Assembly (NCBI GenBank): GCA_963781585.1 | Contig: CAWAGQ010000004.1 | Span: 1-64,000, forward strand | From: an uncultured Gemmatimonadaceae bacterium | GTDB taxonomy: Bacteria > Gemmatimonadota > Gemmatimonadetes > Gemmatimonadales > Gemmatimonadaceae | Length of the DNA stretch: 64,000 bases | Direction of reading: 5' to 3' | Part shown: positions 39,795 to 50,122 of the stretch, in pieces | How positions within the stretch are numbered: position 1 is the stretch's first letter | How the letters are laid out: every line of letters begins with the position of its first letter | Notes under the pieces: generated by a model | The model's input: only the letters and a program-made list of their open reading frames with translations | What the model was told of the DNA's origin: nothing | The model's database searches: none | Translations under genes and position numbers: made by a program

Positions 39795-40523
39795 GTGGAT
39801 TCGTCCTCGATCGGACTCGCCGTTGCCTTCACCGCGGGGCTGTTTTCCTTCCTGTCGCCGTGTGTACTCCCGCTCATCCCGAGCTACATCACGTTCATTA
39901 CCGGCCTCGGTCTGGACGACGTGCAACATGCCCGTCGGGCCGCGCTCGTGCACGGCGTGCTGTTCGTTCTCGGGTTCTCGCTGATCTTCGTTGCGTTAGG
40001 CGCGGCCGCAACGGCGCTCGGCCAGGTGCTGCTCTCCCAGCGCACGTGGATCAGCCGGGTGGGCGGCGTCATGATCATCCTGTTCGGGCTCTACCTCCTG
40101 GGCGTCCTGAACATCGGCCTGTTCGCCCGTGAACGGCGCCTGCATGTCGCGGACAAGCCGGTGGGCTACCTCGGGACGGTGTTCGTTGGCATCGCCTTCG
40201 GCGCCGGCTGGACCCCCTGCATCGGTCCGATCCTCGGTTCGATCCTCGTCTATGCCGCCTCGACCGGGACCGCGTTGTCACGAAGCCTTACCCTGCTCGG
40301 TGCGTATTCGCTCGGTCTGGCCGTACCATTTCTGATTTCGGCGCTGCTGGTCGAGCGGTTCATCGCGGCGTTTCAACGCATGCGCCGGGCGATGGTCTGG
40401 GTCACGCGCGGCTCTGGGATCGTCATGGTCGCCATTGGCGTGCTCATGTTGACGAACTACATGACCATCCTGTCGTCGTATCTTCAGGCGTTCACACCGG
40501 AAGCGCTCCTGAACCATCTCTGA
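39795..40523 (+). CDS. ccdA: Cytochrome c biogenesis protein CcdA
   Basis: SFLSPCVLPLIP, GWTPCIGPILG; multiple TM helices. Confidence 0.93.
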   Translation: MDSSSIGLAVAFTAGLFSFLSPCVLPLIPSYITFITGLGLDDVQHARRAALVHGVLFVLGFSLIFVALGAAATALGQVLLSQRTWISRVGGVMIILFGLYLLGVLNIGLFARERRLHVADKPVGYLGTVFVGIAFGAGWTPCIGPILGSILVYAASTGTALSRSLTLLGAYSLGLAVPFLISALLVERFIAAFQRMRRAMVWVTRGSGIVMVAIGVLMLTNYMTILSSYLQAFTPEALLNHL

Positions 40524-40703
40524 ATCTGATGGTGGGACCTTGAACGTCGTGCGGTAGGCACGGTGGTGACCGGTGTAAGTGACTCACGTCACCCGCGTCA
40601 GAGCACTCGCGCGAGTATTGTTCGGGTGACCGGCACTGCGTTCAGGCACCTTTGAATCGCGCCGGGTACCAATCGTTCGACGTTCCCCGGAGGAGTGACC
40701 ATC

Positions 40704-41564
40704 ATGTCGACTACAACACGCATTGCCGCGCTGTACCTCATGGCAGCGACGTGCGCGCTCGCTGCCTGTTCCCATGGTGATGAGAACGCCCTGCAACAGG
40801 ACTCGGCGCTTTCGCGGGATCTGGCTCGCGCCGGTACGGACTCGCAGGCACAGCCTGAGCTGAAGGACGTTCCGCCGGAAGCGGCCCCCGCCCCGGCGGC
40901 CACGAAGACTCCGGCGCCCCGCCCGCGCACCCCCGCGCCGAAGCAGGCCGCGCCGAAGCAGTCGGCGCCCGTGCCGGCACCGCCGCCCGCGGTGACGCCG
41001 CCGGCGGAGAAGGCACCAGCGCCCGCCGAGAAGCCGACCGGTAGCATTGCCGCCGGCGCCATCCTGCCGCTCAACTCCACCGACAAGGTCTGCACGAATA
41101 CCAACAAGGTTGGCGATCGGTTTACCGCCACGGTGCGCGAGGGCGTTGATGGATCCAACGGGGCGGCGATCCCGGCTGGGTCGAAAGTGGTCATCGAAGT
41201 GACTCAGCTGCACCGCAGCACCAACGCGAATGACAGGATCGTCATGGGGTTCCGCGTGGTCTCCCTTACGATTGGCGACAAGACGTACTATCCGGACGCC
41301 GAAGTGGAGACGGCTTCGGTGAATCGGGTGGCCGCCGCGAATGGCTCGAATACTGCCCAGAAGGTCGTCGGTGGCGCCGTCGTGGGAGCGATCATCGGAC
41401 AGGTGATCGGGCGTGATCGAAAGGGCACGCTGATCGGCGCGGCTGCTGGTGCTGCGGCCGGCGCCGGGGCAGCGGCGGCCACCGCCGATCATGACGGCTG
41501 TGTCAATGAGGGTGCGCCCATCACGGTGAAGATCACGCAGGCGCTGACGCTGCCCGTAACCTGA
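40704..41564 (+). CDS. Lipoprotein with Pro/Ala linker and C-terminal glycine zipper
   Basis: Lipobox LAAC; GGAVVGAIIG...IGAAAGAAAGAG; GGAGGA SD. Confidence 0.82.
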   Translation: MSTTTRIAALYLMAATCALAACSHGDENALQQDSALSRDLARAGTDSQAQPELKDVPPEAAPAPAATKTPAPRPRTPAPKQAAPKQSAPVPAPPPAVTPPAEKAPAPAEKPTGSIAAGAILPLNSTDKVCTNTNKVGDRFTATVREGVDGSNGAAIPAGSKVVIEVTQLHRSTNANDRIVMGFRVVSLTIGDKTYYPDAEVETASVNRVAAANGSNTAQKVVGGAVVGAIIGQVIGRDRKGTLIGAAAGAAAGAGAAAATADHDGCVNEGAPITVKITQALTLPVT

Positions 41565-41584
41565 TCTCGCGACATTCCTCGAGG

Positions 41585-41622
41585 CAAACCGGGGCGCGGA
41601 GAACCGCGCCCCGGTTTGTTTG
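41585..41622. terminator. Perfect hairpin / probable bidirectional terminator between convergent genes
   Basis: CAAACCGGGGCGCGG-AGAA-CCGCGCCCCGGTTTG then TTTG. Confidence 0.8.
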
Positions 41623-41722
41623 AATGTGGGTCAGGATTGCGTGCCTGGCGTGTCTGACCGCTCGACCGAGGTGGTCCCGGGGAAAACCGCTGGTGCCGTT
41701 GGCAGGACCGTCGTCCCTGCGC

Positions 41723-42349
41723 CTAGAGGCCCATGCGCAGCGTGAGCAGAGTCTGCCAGTGTCGTGCGACCGAGGACGCGTTGCCGGGCAGGTTCGTTCG
41801 CTCGTGCACCGCCAGGAGATACGAGGGCATGATCTCCAGCGCCCAGTCCCTCCCGAGCGGCACTCCGAACCCATATCCAGCGCTGAAGGCCAGATCCCGA
41901 TTCGGATGAGCTGGCGGCAGTGATACGTTGGTGTGATCCTGTGTGAAGCTGCCGTACTGCAGCACACCGGCGAAGAGCTGGAACACGCGGTACCACGAGC
42001 TCCCCGCGCCAACGCGCAGGATCGGTCCGTAGCTGGCAACGGTCGCATGCGCGTCGCATGAGCCGCACGTCGCGGACGAGTTGTAGCGGAGGGGCACGCG
42101 TACGTAGGTCAGTTGCACTCCAAGCGTTGCTCCACTGCCGAGCGAGCGCTCCAGCGAGACACGAAGCGGCCACCCGTTGCTGAAGTCCCAGTTCGAGTCC
42201 GTGCTCCCGTCGGCGACCCGTTGCATGACCAGGAGTCCGCCTGACATCGAGAGCCAGTATGACGGCTCTCGTGAGGAGTCGCCCGGCCGCTGCGCGTGTA
42301 CCGTGGGCGTCGCCATCGTCAGCGCCAGGAGAAGCGGGACGGATCGCAT
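41723..42349 (-). CDS. Secreted protein, probable small outer-membrane beta-barrel
   Basis: Signal peptide (VHA-Q), alternating beta-strand pattern, C-terminal LTLRMGL. Confidence 0.65.
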   Translation of the reverse strand: MRSVPLLLALTMATPTVHAQRPGDSSREPSYWLSMSGGLLVMQRVADGSTDSNWDFSNGWPLRVSLERSLGSGATLGVQLTYVRVPLRYNSSATCGSCDAHATVASYGPILRVGAGSSWYRVFQLFAGVLQYGSFTQDHTNVSLPPAHPNRDLAFSAGYGFGVPLGRDWALEIMPSYLLAVHERTNLPGNASSVARHWQTLLTLRMGL

Positions 42350-42417
42350 GGCGATATGATACCACCCGTGCGCCCGATCGTTCTGTCCGTGACTGTACCG
42401 GCACCCCCGCTCGCGCC

Positions 42418-43329
42418 ATGACCGACCTCCGCATGACGGAACGACGCAATCCGCGAACGTCCGAAATCGATCTCGCCTCGGCGATCGAGATCGTCGATCT
42501 GATGCACGCCGAGGATCACACGGTGGCGGGGGCGGTGGCCACGCAGCGGGAGCAGATTGCCCGCGCCATCGAGATCGTCGAAGAGGTATTCCGTGGTGGT
42601 GGCCGATTGTTCTACGTCGGTGCGGGCACCTCGGGGCGCCTGGGAATTCTCGACGCCAGCGAGTGTCCTCCCACGTTCGGGTCGGATCCCGATCTCGTTC
42701 AGGGGATCATCGCGGGCGGGCGCCCGGCTGTCTTTCGCTCCCAGGAGGGCGCCGAGGACCATCCGGAAAACGGCGGCAAGGCGTTGCATGAGCACGGGGT
42801 CACTTCTCGCGATGTCGTGGTCGGGATCGCGGCGTCAGGCACTACACCTTTCGTCCGCGGCGCCCTGGCGCACGCCGCCACCCTGCGCGCGCGCCGCGTG
42901 GTGATCGCGTGTACGCCCCTCGACCAGGATCTGCTGGAGCTGGTGGATGTGGCGATTGTTCCGGTGACCGGTCCCGAGGTGGTAACCGGGTCCACGCGGC
43001 TCAAGGCCGGGACCGCAACAAAGATGGTGCTCAACATGATTACGACCGGGGCCATGATTCGCATCGGCAAGACCTACGGGAATCTCATGGTCGATCTGCA
43101 GGCGACGAATCTGAAACTCAAGGATCGGAGCGAACGGATTCTCGTGGAGGTGTGCGGTATCTCGCGCGAGGAGGCACGGAAGCTGATCCCGCGCGCCGGT
43201 GGGAGCGTGAAGACAGCGATCGTGATGCAGAAACTGGGAGTGGAACGCGAAGGGGCCGAACGCCGGTTGTCCGAAGCTGGAGGCATGATTCGCCGGGTAG
43301 TGAGTGGGCCGCCTCCGGGGGACCCATGA
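42418..43329 (+). CDS. murQ: N-acetylmuramic acid 6-phosphate etherase
   Basis: TERRNP, GAGTSGRLGILDASECPPTF, GPEVVTGSTRLKAGTA. Confidence 0.97.
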   Translation: MTDLRMTERRNPRTSEIDLASAIEIVDLMHAEDHTVAGAVATQREQIARAIEIVEEVFRGGGRLFYVGAGTSGRLGILDASECPPTFGSDPDLVQGIIAGGRPAVFRSQEGAEDHPENGGKALHEHGVTSRDVVVGIAASGTTPFVRGALAHAATLRARRVVIACTPLDQDLLELVDVAIVPVTGPEVVTGSTRLKAGTATKMVLNMITTGAMIRIGKTYGNLMVDLQATNLKLKDRSERILVEVCGISREEARKLIPRAGGSVKTAIVMQKLGVEREGAERRLSEAGGMIRRVVSGPPPGDP

Positions 43330-43402
43330 TTGCCGGCAGCTCCGCGCCCCCACGCCGTCGCGTAGGCGGCGCCGTGGTCGCGCCCCGCAGTCACGCATCG
43401 CC

Positions 43403-44563
43403 GTGACGGCCGGTCAGGCCATCCTGGATCCGCCCCCGATGGTTCTGGTCGGACTCATGTCCGGCACGTCGCTCGACGGAATCTCGTCGGTGGTCGTTCG
43501 ATTTCGGCCGCAGTCCGGGGGTGGGATCGAGGCCGAGCTCCTCGGCTTCCGGCAAGTTGCCTACTCGGCCGAGCAGCATGCGCGGCTATCCGGCGCGCTG
43601 ACCGGGACCTCGCCGGAGGAGTACACGCGTCTCGACTTCGACCTCGGTCACTGGCTTGCCGACGCGGCGCTGGCCGTGATCGCGGAGGCGGGTGTCGAGC
43701 GCAACCAGATCACGGCTGTGGCGTCTCATGGACAGACGGTGTGGCATGTGCCGGGCCACGCGACGTGGCAGCTCGGCGAAGCCGCGGTCATCGCCGAACG
43801 CACCGGGCTCGACGTCGTTTCCGATTTTCGCGTGCGGGACGTGGCGGCGGGAGGGCAGGGTGCGCCGCTGGTTCCGATGGCCGACGCGATGCTCTTCGCC
43901 CATCCGGCGCACTGGCGCGCGCTCCAGAACCTGGGCGGTATCGGGAACGTGACAGTCGCGCCGCCCGGCGGCGAGCTGGCGGGCGTGCGCGCGTTCGACA
44001 CCGGCCCGGGCGTGATCGTGATCGATGGCGTCATCCAGGCGCTGGTGCCGCCACGGCGCTTCGACCAGGACGGCGCCCTGGCCCGCTCCGGGAGCCCGCT
44101 GCCTAACGCGGTGGCGCGGGCGATGGCGCACCCCTTCTTCGCCTCGCCTCCGCCCCGCACCACCGGACGCGAATTGTTCTCGCCGGCGTTCATCGCGCGA
44201 TTCATCGCCGACTGTCGTGAGGAGTCGCCCGGCGCGACGGTCGCGGACATCGTCGCCAGCGCGGTTGCGTTGACCGCCGCGAGTATTGGCGATGCGTACA
44301 CCCGGTTCGTTCCCGAGCCGGTGTCCGAAGTGGTGGTGTCGGGTGGTGGGGCGCGCAACCCCGCGCTGATCGACGCGTTGGCCCGCTCCCTCGCTCCGCG
44401 TGCTGTCAGGTCCTTCTCGGATCTCTACTTCGATGGCGAGGCGAAGGAAGCAGTGGCCTTCGCACTCCTCGCGTACCTGCACCTCACGTCGCGCGCAGGA
44501 AACCTCCCGCTGGTCACCGGCGCCCGCGGCCCGCGCGTCCTCGGCAAGCACACCCCCAGATAG
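43403..44563 (+). CDS. anmK: Anhydro-N-acetylmuramic acid kinase
   Basis: GLMSGTSLDG, SHGQT, GGQGAPLVP, NLGGIGN, FDTGPG, KEAVAFA. Confidence 0.96.
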   Translation: MTAGQAILDPPPMVLVGLMSGTSLDGISSVVVRFRPQSGGGIEAELLGFRQVAYSAEQHARLSGALTGTSPEEYTRLDFDLGHWLADAALAVIAEAGVERNQITAVASHGQTVWHVPGHATWQLGEAAVIAERTGLDVVSDFRVRDVAAGGQGAPLVPMADAMLFAHPAHWRALQNLGGIGNVTVAPPGGELAGVRAFDTGPGVIVIDGVIQALVPPRRFDQDGALARSGSPLPNAVARAMAHPFFASPPPRTTGRELFSPAFIARFIADCREESPGATVADIVASAVALTAASIGDAYTRFVPEPVSEVVVSGGGARNPALIDALARSLAPRAVRSFSDLYFDGEAKEAVAFALLAYLHLTSRAGNLPLVTGARGPRVLGKHTPR

Positions 44564-44603
44564 GGAGCGAAGCGGGCAGGTCCGTGCACAGGCTGGCCGC
44601 CGC

Positions 44604-45725
44604 CTACAGCTTCGAAAGCCACCTCCACAGCAACGCCGCCACCACGACCGCGCCGATCGCAGCGATCACGCGCACGTACAGTTCGCCTTGGCGACGCCTG
44701 GTCGGGGGCATCTGCGGGCTCGGTAGCAGAGGTCCCGCGCCCTCCAGCTGCGGCGGCGCGGGAGCCGGTGGCGCCGCAGGGATCTCGGCCGCCGGTGTGG
44801 GATGCTCCTCCGCGTAGACGCGGTATCCCACGGTGTCGCTGGGCTGGGGAAGCTCGAGGCCACTCCCCACAAACCGCGCCATCACCAGCGTGATGTTGTC
44901 AGGCCCTCCGCGGTCGTTGGCCAACGCAATGAGCCGATCGCATGCGGCGGCAAGGTCCGGTTCGTCGTTCACCTCCCGCGCAATCTCATCGCCCCTCACC
45001 AGGCCGGACAGGCCGTCGCTGCAAAGCACAAGCACGTCACCACGGCGAATGCGCTGGTGCGTGAGGTCGAGCGTGACGATCGGTTCGGGGCCGAGTGCCT
45101 GAAGGATGATATTGCGCCGCTCACTGTGGGCGGCCTCCTCCTCGGTCAGCTCCCCTGCCTCGATCAGCTTCTGCATCAGGGATTGATCCTTCGTGAGCTG
45201 CACGGCTTCACGACCACGGATGAGATAGGCGCGGCTGTCTCCCACCTGCGCGAGGTAGATCGTGTCGCCCAGCAATGCCGCGATGGTTGCCGTCGTTCCC
45301 ATGCCACGCAATTCCGGACTGCCGTGCGCGTAGCGGAAAATCGCCCAGTTCGCGACTTCGGCGGCCCTGGCGAGCGCAGCCACGAGTTCCGCGGGAGTCA
45401 CGCTCTCGCGGCTCGACAATTGCTCGCGCAAGTGTCGAAGGACCACGTCCACCGCGGTGGCGCTCGCGATCTCCCCGGCGGCCGCGCCGCCCATGCCATC
45501 GGCCACCATGAACAACGTTCCCGTGTGATCGGCTTTGCGCTCGACGACCCGCTCGAACCGCATCGCCTCGCCGCCGCTCAGATCCGCCACCAGATACGCA
45601 TCCTCGTTGTGATCGCGAGTCTGCCCGACGTCGGTCTGCGCGAAGGCCTGCACCATCACCGGTCCCGTCTCTTCGGGGACTAACGAGTCCTTTGGGACCA
45701 TGTATTCGCCGGTATTCGTCGCCAT
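44604..45725 (-). CDS. PP2C-family Ser/Thr phosphatase with C-terminal TM anchor
   Basis: RDHNED, VADGMGG, MGTT, VGDSRAY, LCSDGL, GGPDNIT. Confidence 0.94.
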   Translation of the reverse strand: MATNTGEYMVPKDSLVPEETGPVMVQAFAQTDVGQTRDHNEDAYLVADLSGGEAMRFERVVERKADHTGTLFMVADGMGGAAAGEIASATAVDVVLRHLREQLSSRESVTPAELVAALARAAEVANWAIFRYAHGSPELRGMGTTATIAALLGDTIYLAQVGDSRAYLIRGREAVQLTKDQSLMQKLIEAGELTEEEAAHSERRNIILQALGPEPIVTLDLTHQRIRRGDVLVLCSDGLSGLVRGDEIAREVNDEPDLAAACDRLIALANDRGGPDNITLVMARFVGSGLELPQPSDTVGYRVYAEEHPTPAAEIPAAPPAPAPPQLEGAGPLLPSPQMPPTRRRQGELYVRVIAAIGAVVVAALLWRWLSKL

Positions 45726-45854
45726 GGATGGGTCAGCGCAGCGGTATCATGGCCCACCGGCTCCGGGCGCGATTCCGGTCCGCCGGCGATGCAGCGGTGC
45801 GGCGCGCTGGAACGCTGGCGGGTGCTTCGACCCCGCCCTCACCCGGGAACGGCA

Positions 45855-47042
45855 TCACGACAGCTCCACCCGCAGCACCTGCTTCCCGAAGAGCAGCCGC
45901 TCTCCAGGATTCACGGCCCGTTCGCCGCGCAACAGCACCGCCACGCCATTCCTGCTCCCCACGTCGCGCACGGTGAACTGGTCGCCTTCGTCGTCCACGT
46001 CGGCGCGCACTTCCGCGTGGCGACCGCTCATCGTCGGATCGTACGGGAAAACCCAGTCGCCGTGATCGCGTCCGATGAGCACCGAGCGGCCGGACGACAG
46101 GTAGTGCACATCGCGCACCGTGCCGTCGGTTCGAAGTTGCTCGAGCATCGCCACATCGCGCCAGGGCGTGCGCGAACCGCCCGGCGTGTCGGAGGCGCCA
46201 TCGTCCGCCCCCCGTGGCGCGAGCAGGCGGAACCGGATCACCTGCGACCCGACAAGGAGCAGATCGCCGTCCAGCAGCTGATGAGGAGACATGATGAAGA
46301 TCCAGCTCCCGTTCGACGATCCCAGGTCGCGTACCCGCAGCGCGTTATCGCGCCAGATCAGGACGGCGTGCTCATCGGAGAGGGCATCGTCGTCCGAGAA
46401 CCGCAAGTCTCCCGCCGTGCGCCCCACCACGAGCTCGTCCCGGTCGATCGGGATCTCGTCCACAACGCCACCATGCTCGTCCAGAACCGCCAGTCGCGGA
46501 CCAGTGGAGTGTTGCCGGATCAGCGGCGTCATGCCACGACCGCGGGTCGCCGAAGCAGCCTCTGGCGAGTCCATGCCGCCACGCACCGGCACACCGCAGT
46601 TCGGGCAGAACGCGGCGTCACCAGCAATGTCAGAGTTGCCGCAAGCCTGGCACGTTGCCGGATCGCTCGAACTGAGGCTGGTGCGGAACCCGCAATGCGT
46701 ACAGAAGAGCAGTGTCCGTTCGATGGCGCGCCCACAGTGCGGGCAGGGCGCGGTGCGCAGCGCGCGCCCGGCACCGGAGGGTGACGCGGCCCGCTGCCCC
46801 GGAGTCGAAAACGGGTGCGCCCGGAGTGGCGGGTCGTCGGCCAGCGCCTTGGACCTCAGGATTGTCGACTCGCCCCCGTCATCCGCGGATGTGTGTCCGT
46901 CGGGCAGCGGCTGTCCGATCGCCCGGAACGGCGCGCCGCCGAGGGGAACCTCCACGTCGCGCGCGCTGAGACGCCATCCGCAGTATATGCAGTACCGGTG
47001 CCGTGATTCATTTGCGCGGCCACAGCCAGGGCATCGAGCCAC
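45855..47042 (-). CDS. Multi-Zn-ribbon, tandem FHA-domain protein
   Basis: Three CxxC...CxxC ribbons; FHA motifs VGR..S..HA..DLGSSNG and IGR..SGRHA..DVGSRNG. Confidence 0.87.
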   Translation of the reverse strand: MARCPGCGRANESRHRYCIYCGWRLSARDVEVPLGGAPFRAIGQPLPDGHTSADDGGESTILRSKALADDPPLRAHPFSTPGQRAASPSGAGRALRTAPCPHCGRAIERTLLFCTHCGFRTSLSSSDPATCQACGNSDIAGDAAFCPNCGVPVRGGMDSPEAASATRGRGMTPLIRQHSTGPRLAVLDEHGGVVDEIPIDRDELVVGRTAGDLRFSDDDALSDEHAVLIWRDNALRVRDLGSSNGSWIFIMSPHQLLDGDLLLVGSQVIRFRLLAPRGADDGASDTPGGSRTPWRDVAMLEQLRTDGTVRDVHYLSSGRSVLIGRDHGDWVFPYDPTMSGRHAEVRADVDDEGDQFTVRDVGSRNGVAVLLRGERAVNPGERLLFGKQVLRVELS

Positions 47043-47185
47043 AAAGGTCGTCGAAGAGGTCTACGCGAAAAAGCACCGCTCGGCAGGACGGCGCGAAATT
47101 GCCACAAAGAAGCGTACGGAGCAACCGCTGGGTCGGATTCGAGGATTCGCACAAACCATTCGTCCCGGCTACCTTGCGCCGGAGA

Positions 47186-49063
47186 ATGCCGAGGCGACTC
47201 CAAGCACTGCGAATCCTGTTGCCCGCGGGCGCTTTGGCGTGCGCCCCCGCAACCGTCACGCATGCCCCGGCGCCCCCCGCGCCTGCCCCGCCGAGCACAC
47301 CGGCAGCACGCAGTGACTCCGCTCCGGCGTCCCTGCCACCTGTTCCGCGGGTCACCGGCCCACTTGCCCTGCGCGTCGTCTACCCGCCCGAAGGCGCGCG
47401 GATCGCCGCTCGCGACTCGAACTTCATCTTCGGATCGGTCGGCAGCGGCGATGCCACGCTACGAATCAATGGAACTCTGGTTCCCGTGCGCCCGAACGGG
47501 AGCTTTCTGGCGTTCCTTTCGGTGACGTCGGCCGGAAGAGCGCGAGCGATCTATGACCTGATCGCCACGCGCGGCGAGGATACCGCGCGCCTAACGGTGC
47601 ATGTCTCGGCGCCATCGCCCCGCCTGGCCCTGAGCGCGGCCGACGGCCGGATCGTGGACAGCGCGAGCCTCGGGCCGCGCGCCGGGCTGGCGTTGACACG
47701 CTGGGAACCCGTTCTGGTGAGCCTTCGCGCATTGCAGAACGCCGCGGTCGAACTGCAGCTTGCGGACGGCAGCCGCGTGCCGCTGGTGCGCAGCCCGGAG
47801 TCGGACTTACGCGGCAGCGATTCCGATCTCTGGGCGGCCGAGGTCCCGGCCGTTCGCCTCAACAGTCAGGCGTGGATTTCCGTCGTCTACGGCCCGGATA
47901 GCGTGCGACTTCCCTTGCCGCGGATCGCCCTATCCGACTCCGCCGGAGCGCGCTACGCCGTCACCGGTTCATCGGCCGGCGCGGACGCGGACACCGATCG
48001 CGTGATCATCGCCCGTCCGGTGGAGGGTGGGACCTACAAGTGGTTTCTCCTGCCCGGCACGGTGGTCGAGGTGACCGGGCGCATCGGCGGCGCCGCGCGT
48101 GTGCGGCTCGACCGGGATCTGGAAGTCTTTGTCGACCCGGCCGAGCTGTCACCGCTGGCGCCGGGAGCCTCGGCGCCTCGTCGCGTGGCGGGAAACGCGC
48201 GCGTCGTGTCCGCGACCGATTGGAGCGATGTCCGCATCCCGCTCTCGGGGGTGCCCCCGTACGCGGTGGACGCCGAACCTGACGCCCTGGTGCTGACGCT
48301 GTTCGGCACCCGCGCGAACACCGACATCATCAACTATTCGTCGGCGGATTCGGTGATCCAGCGCGTGACCTGGCGCCAGGTGACCAGTGACCGTGCCGAA
48401 TATCGCGTGCAGCTTCGGCGTCCGCCCTTCGGCTACCTCGTGCTGTGGGAACGGAACGAACTGGTGCTGCGGGTACGGCGGCCCCCGCGTCCCGACGCCG
48501 CGCATCCGCTGGACGGCCTGGTCATCGCGGTGGATGCGGGACACCCGCCGGGTGGCGCGACCGGGCCGACCGGGCTGTACGAGCCGGTGGCAACGCTTGC
48601 CATTGCCGAGCGCGTGAAGACGTATCTGGAGCAGCGAGGAGCCCGCGTGGTCATGACCCGTACGGCGCCGGGGGCTGTGGCGCTTGCGGATCGTCCTATC
48701 ATGGCGCGGCGGGCAAACGCCGACGCGTTCGTATCGATTCACCTGAACGCGCTGCCCGACGGAGTGAATCCGTTCGCGGCAAACGGCACCGGAACCTACT
48801 ACTTCAACGTGTTCTCGGAACCGCTGGCTCGTGATGCGCAGCGCGGTATGGTGGCGCGAATGGGGCTTCGCGACCTTGGCGTGAACTACGACAACCTGGC
48901 GGTCCTTCGACCCACCTGGATGCCGTCGGTGTTGTGCGAGGGCGCATTCCTGATGATCCCGGAACAGGAGGCGGCGCTGCGCACGCCGGAGTTTCAGGAC
49001 GCCTACGCTCGAGGCGTCGCCGATGGCCTCGAAGCCTATTTCCGATCGCTGGCGCGGCCCTGA
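47186..49063 (+). CDS. N-acetylmuramoyl-L-alanine amidase (Amidase_3), probable lipoprotein
   Basis: Lipobox ALAC; VDAGH, FVSIHLNA, PSVLCE. Confidence 0.9.
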   Translation: MPRRLQALRILLPAGALACAPATVTHAPAPPAPAPPSTPAARSDSAPASLPPVPRVTGPLALRVVYPPEGARIAARDSNFIFGSVGSGDATLRINGTLVPVRPNGSFLAFLSVTSAGRARAIYDLIATRGEDTARLTVHVSAPSPRLALSAADGRIVDSASLGPRAGLALTRWEPVLVSLRALQNAAVELQLADGSRVPLVRSPESDLRGSDSDLWAAEVPAVRLNSQAWISVVYGPDSVRLPLPRIALSDSAGARYAVTGSSAGADADTDRVIIARPVEGGTYKWFLLPGTVVEVTGRIGGAARVRLDRDLEVFVDPAELSPLAPGASAPRRVAGNARVVSATDWSDVRIPLSGVPPYAVDAEPDALVLTLFGTRANTDIINYSSADSVIQRVTWRQVTSDRAEYRVQLRRPPFGYLVLWERNELVLRVRRPPRPDAAHPLDGLVIAVDAGHPPGGATGPTGLYEPVATLAIAERVKTYLEQRGARVVMTRTAPGAVALADRPIMARRANADAFVSIHLNALPDGVNPFAANGTGTYYFNVFSEPLARDAQRGMVARMGLRDLGVNYDNLAVLRPTWMPSVLCEGAFLMIPEQEAALRTPEFQDAYARGVADGLEAYFRSLARP

Positions 49064-49090
49064 GGCCGCCTCTATTTCCTCGTCCCCGTC

Positions 49091-49600
49091 ATGTCCATCC
49101 ATCCGACCGCGTTCATTCACCCGCTTGCGTTCGTCTGCGGCAATGTCGCGTTAGGCGCGCAGGTGTCCATCTGGCCCTATGTGGTGGTTCGGGGCGACAC
49201 CGAGCCGATCGAGATCGGTGAGGAGTCGAACATCCAGGACGGGAGTGTCGTCCACGTCGACTACGGTTTCCCCACGCGAATCGGACGCCGGGTGGGGATC
49301 GGGCACCGCGCCATCATTCACGGTTCGTCGGTGGCTGACGACTGTCTCATCGGCATGGGTGCCATCCTGCTGAACGGCACCGAAGTGGGGAGCGGGTCCA
49401 TCGTGGCGGCGGGCGCTTTGTGCCGCGAGGGAATGCGCATTCCGCCGCGCTCTCTGGTGGTTGGCGTCCCCGGCAAGGTCATCCGGGAAACGACCGAGGC
49501 GGAACGCAGTCGTATTGCCGCGACTGTCGCTGCCTACCTGGAGCTCCAGGTGAGGCACCGCGCCAAGGTCTTCCCGCCTCTGCGGTCGGGCGGGGATTAG
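49091..49600 (+). CDS. Gamma carbonic anhydrase-family protein
   Basis: RGD, SNIQDG, IGHRAIIHG, hexapeptide repeats. Confidence 0.92.
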   Translation: MSIHPTAFIHPLAFVCGNVALGAQVSIWPYVVVRGDTEPIEIGEESNIQDGSVVHVDYGFPTRIGRRVGIGHRAIIHGSSVADDCLIGMGAILLNGTEVGSGSIVAAGALCREGMRIPPRSLVVGVPGKVIRETTEAERSRIAATVAAYLELQVRHRAKVFPPLRSGGD

Positions 49601-50122
49601 AGCGGTTCGGGACGAGATCGCCGATGCCGGCCGGAACCGGATCGACAACCTCCTCGTAATCATGACCGCCCTTTGGGGAGCGCGCGGTCAGTTAGTACGC
49701 GGCCCGTGTGTCCAGGCAAGGGCCGTAGGTTGCGTCGCCGACCTGGCGCGCACTGCAGTGGAGGCTGATGTCGCTCGATCGGGTTGCGCAGCGGCGCGGT
49801 CACACCTGTAAGTGACGTTCTGACAGCATGGTATGTTGGTTCTGACACCTTTGTCGGCGCCAGAGCCACTCAGTCAGCCGCAGAGGGAATGTTCATGCCG
49901 GTGTCGAAGCCGGGGCATTTGGTGGAATTCGCTTCACCCCCTGACATTCGTGACCACAAGATTGTAAATTATTGTCACGTAACGGTTTCAGCAGACACTG
50001 GCGTGGACTCACAGGTGGGGCTATGATGCGCCCCCGCGCAAATCCGGTCGCCTCTCTGGATTTGCGCTCGTCGTTTCTGAGGGGGCGGGTAAATTAGCCT
50101 GACGTCGGGAGGATCATTCGAG

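Noticed and set aside
49880..49945. Cobalamin riboswitch upstream of nrdJ (AGGGAA...CCGGTG..AA.CCGG)
   Set aside because: Only a fragmentary resemblance; the downstream CCC..ACTGT, GGGAAG and B12-box elements are not in the expected order
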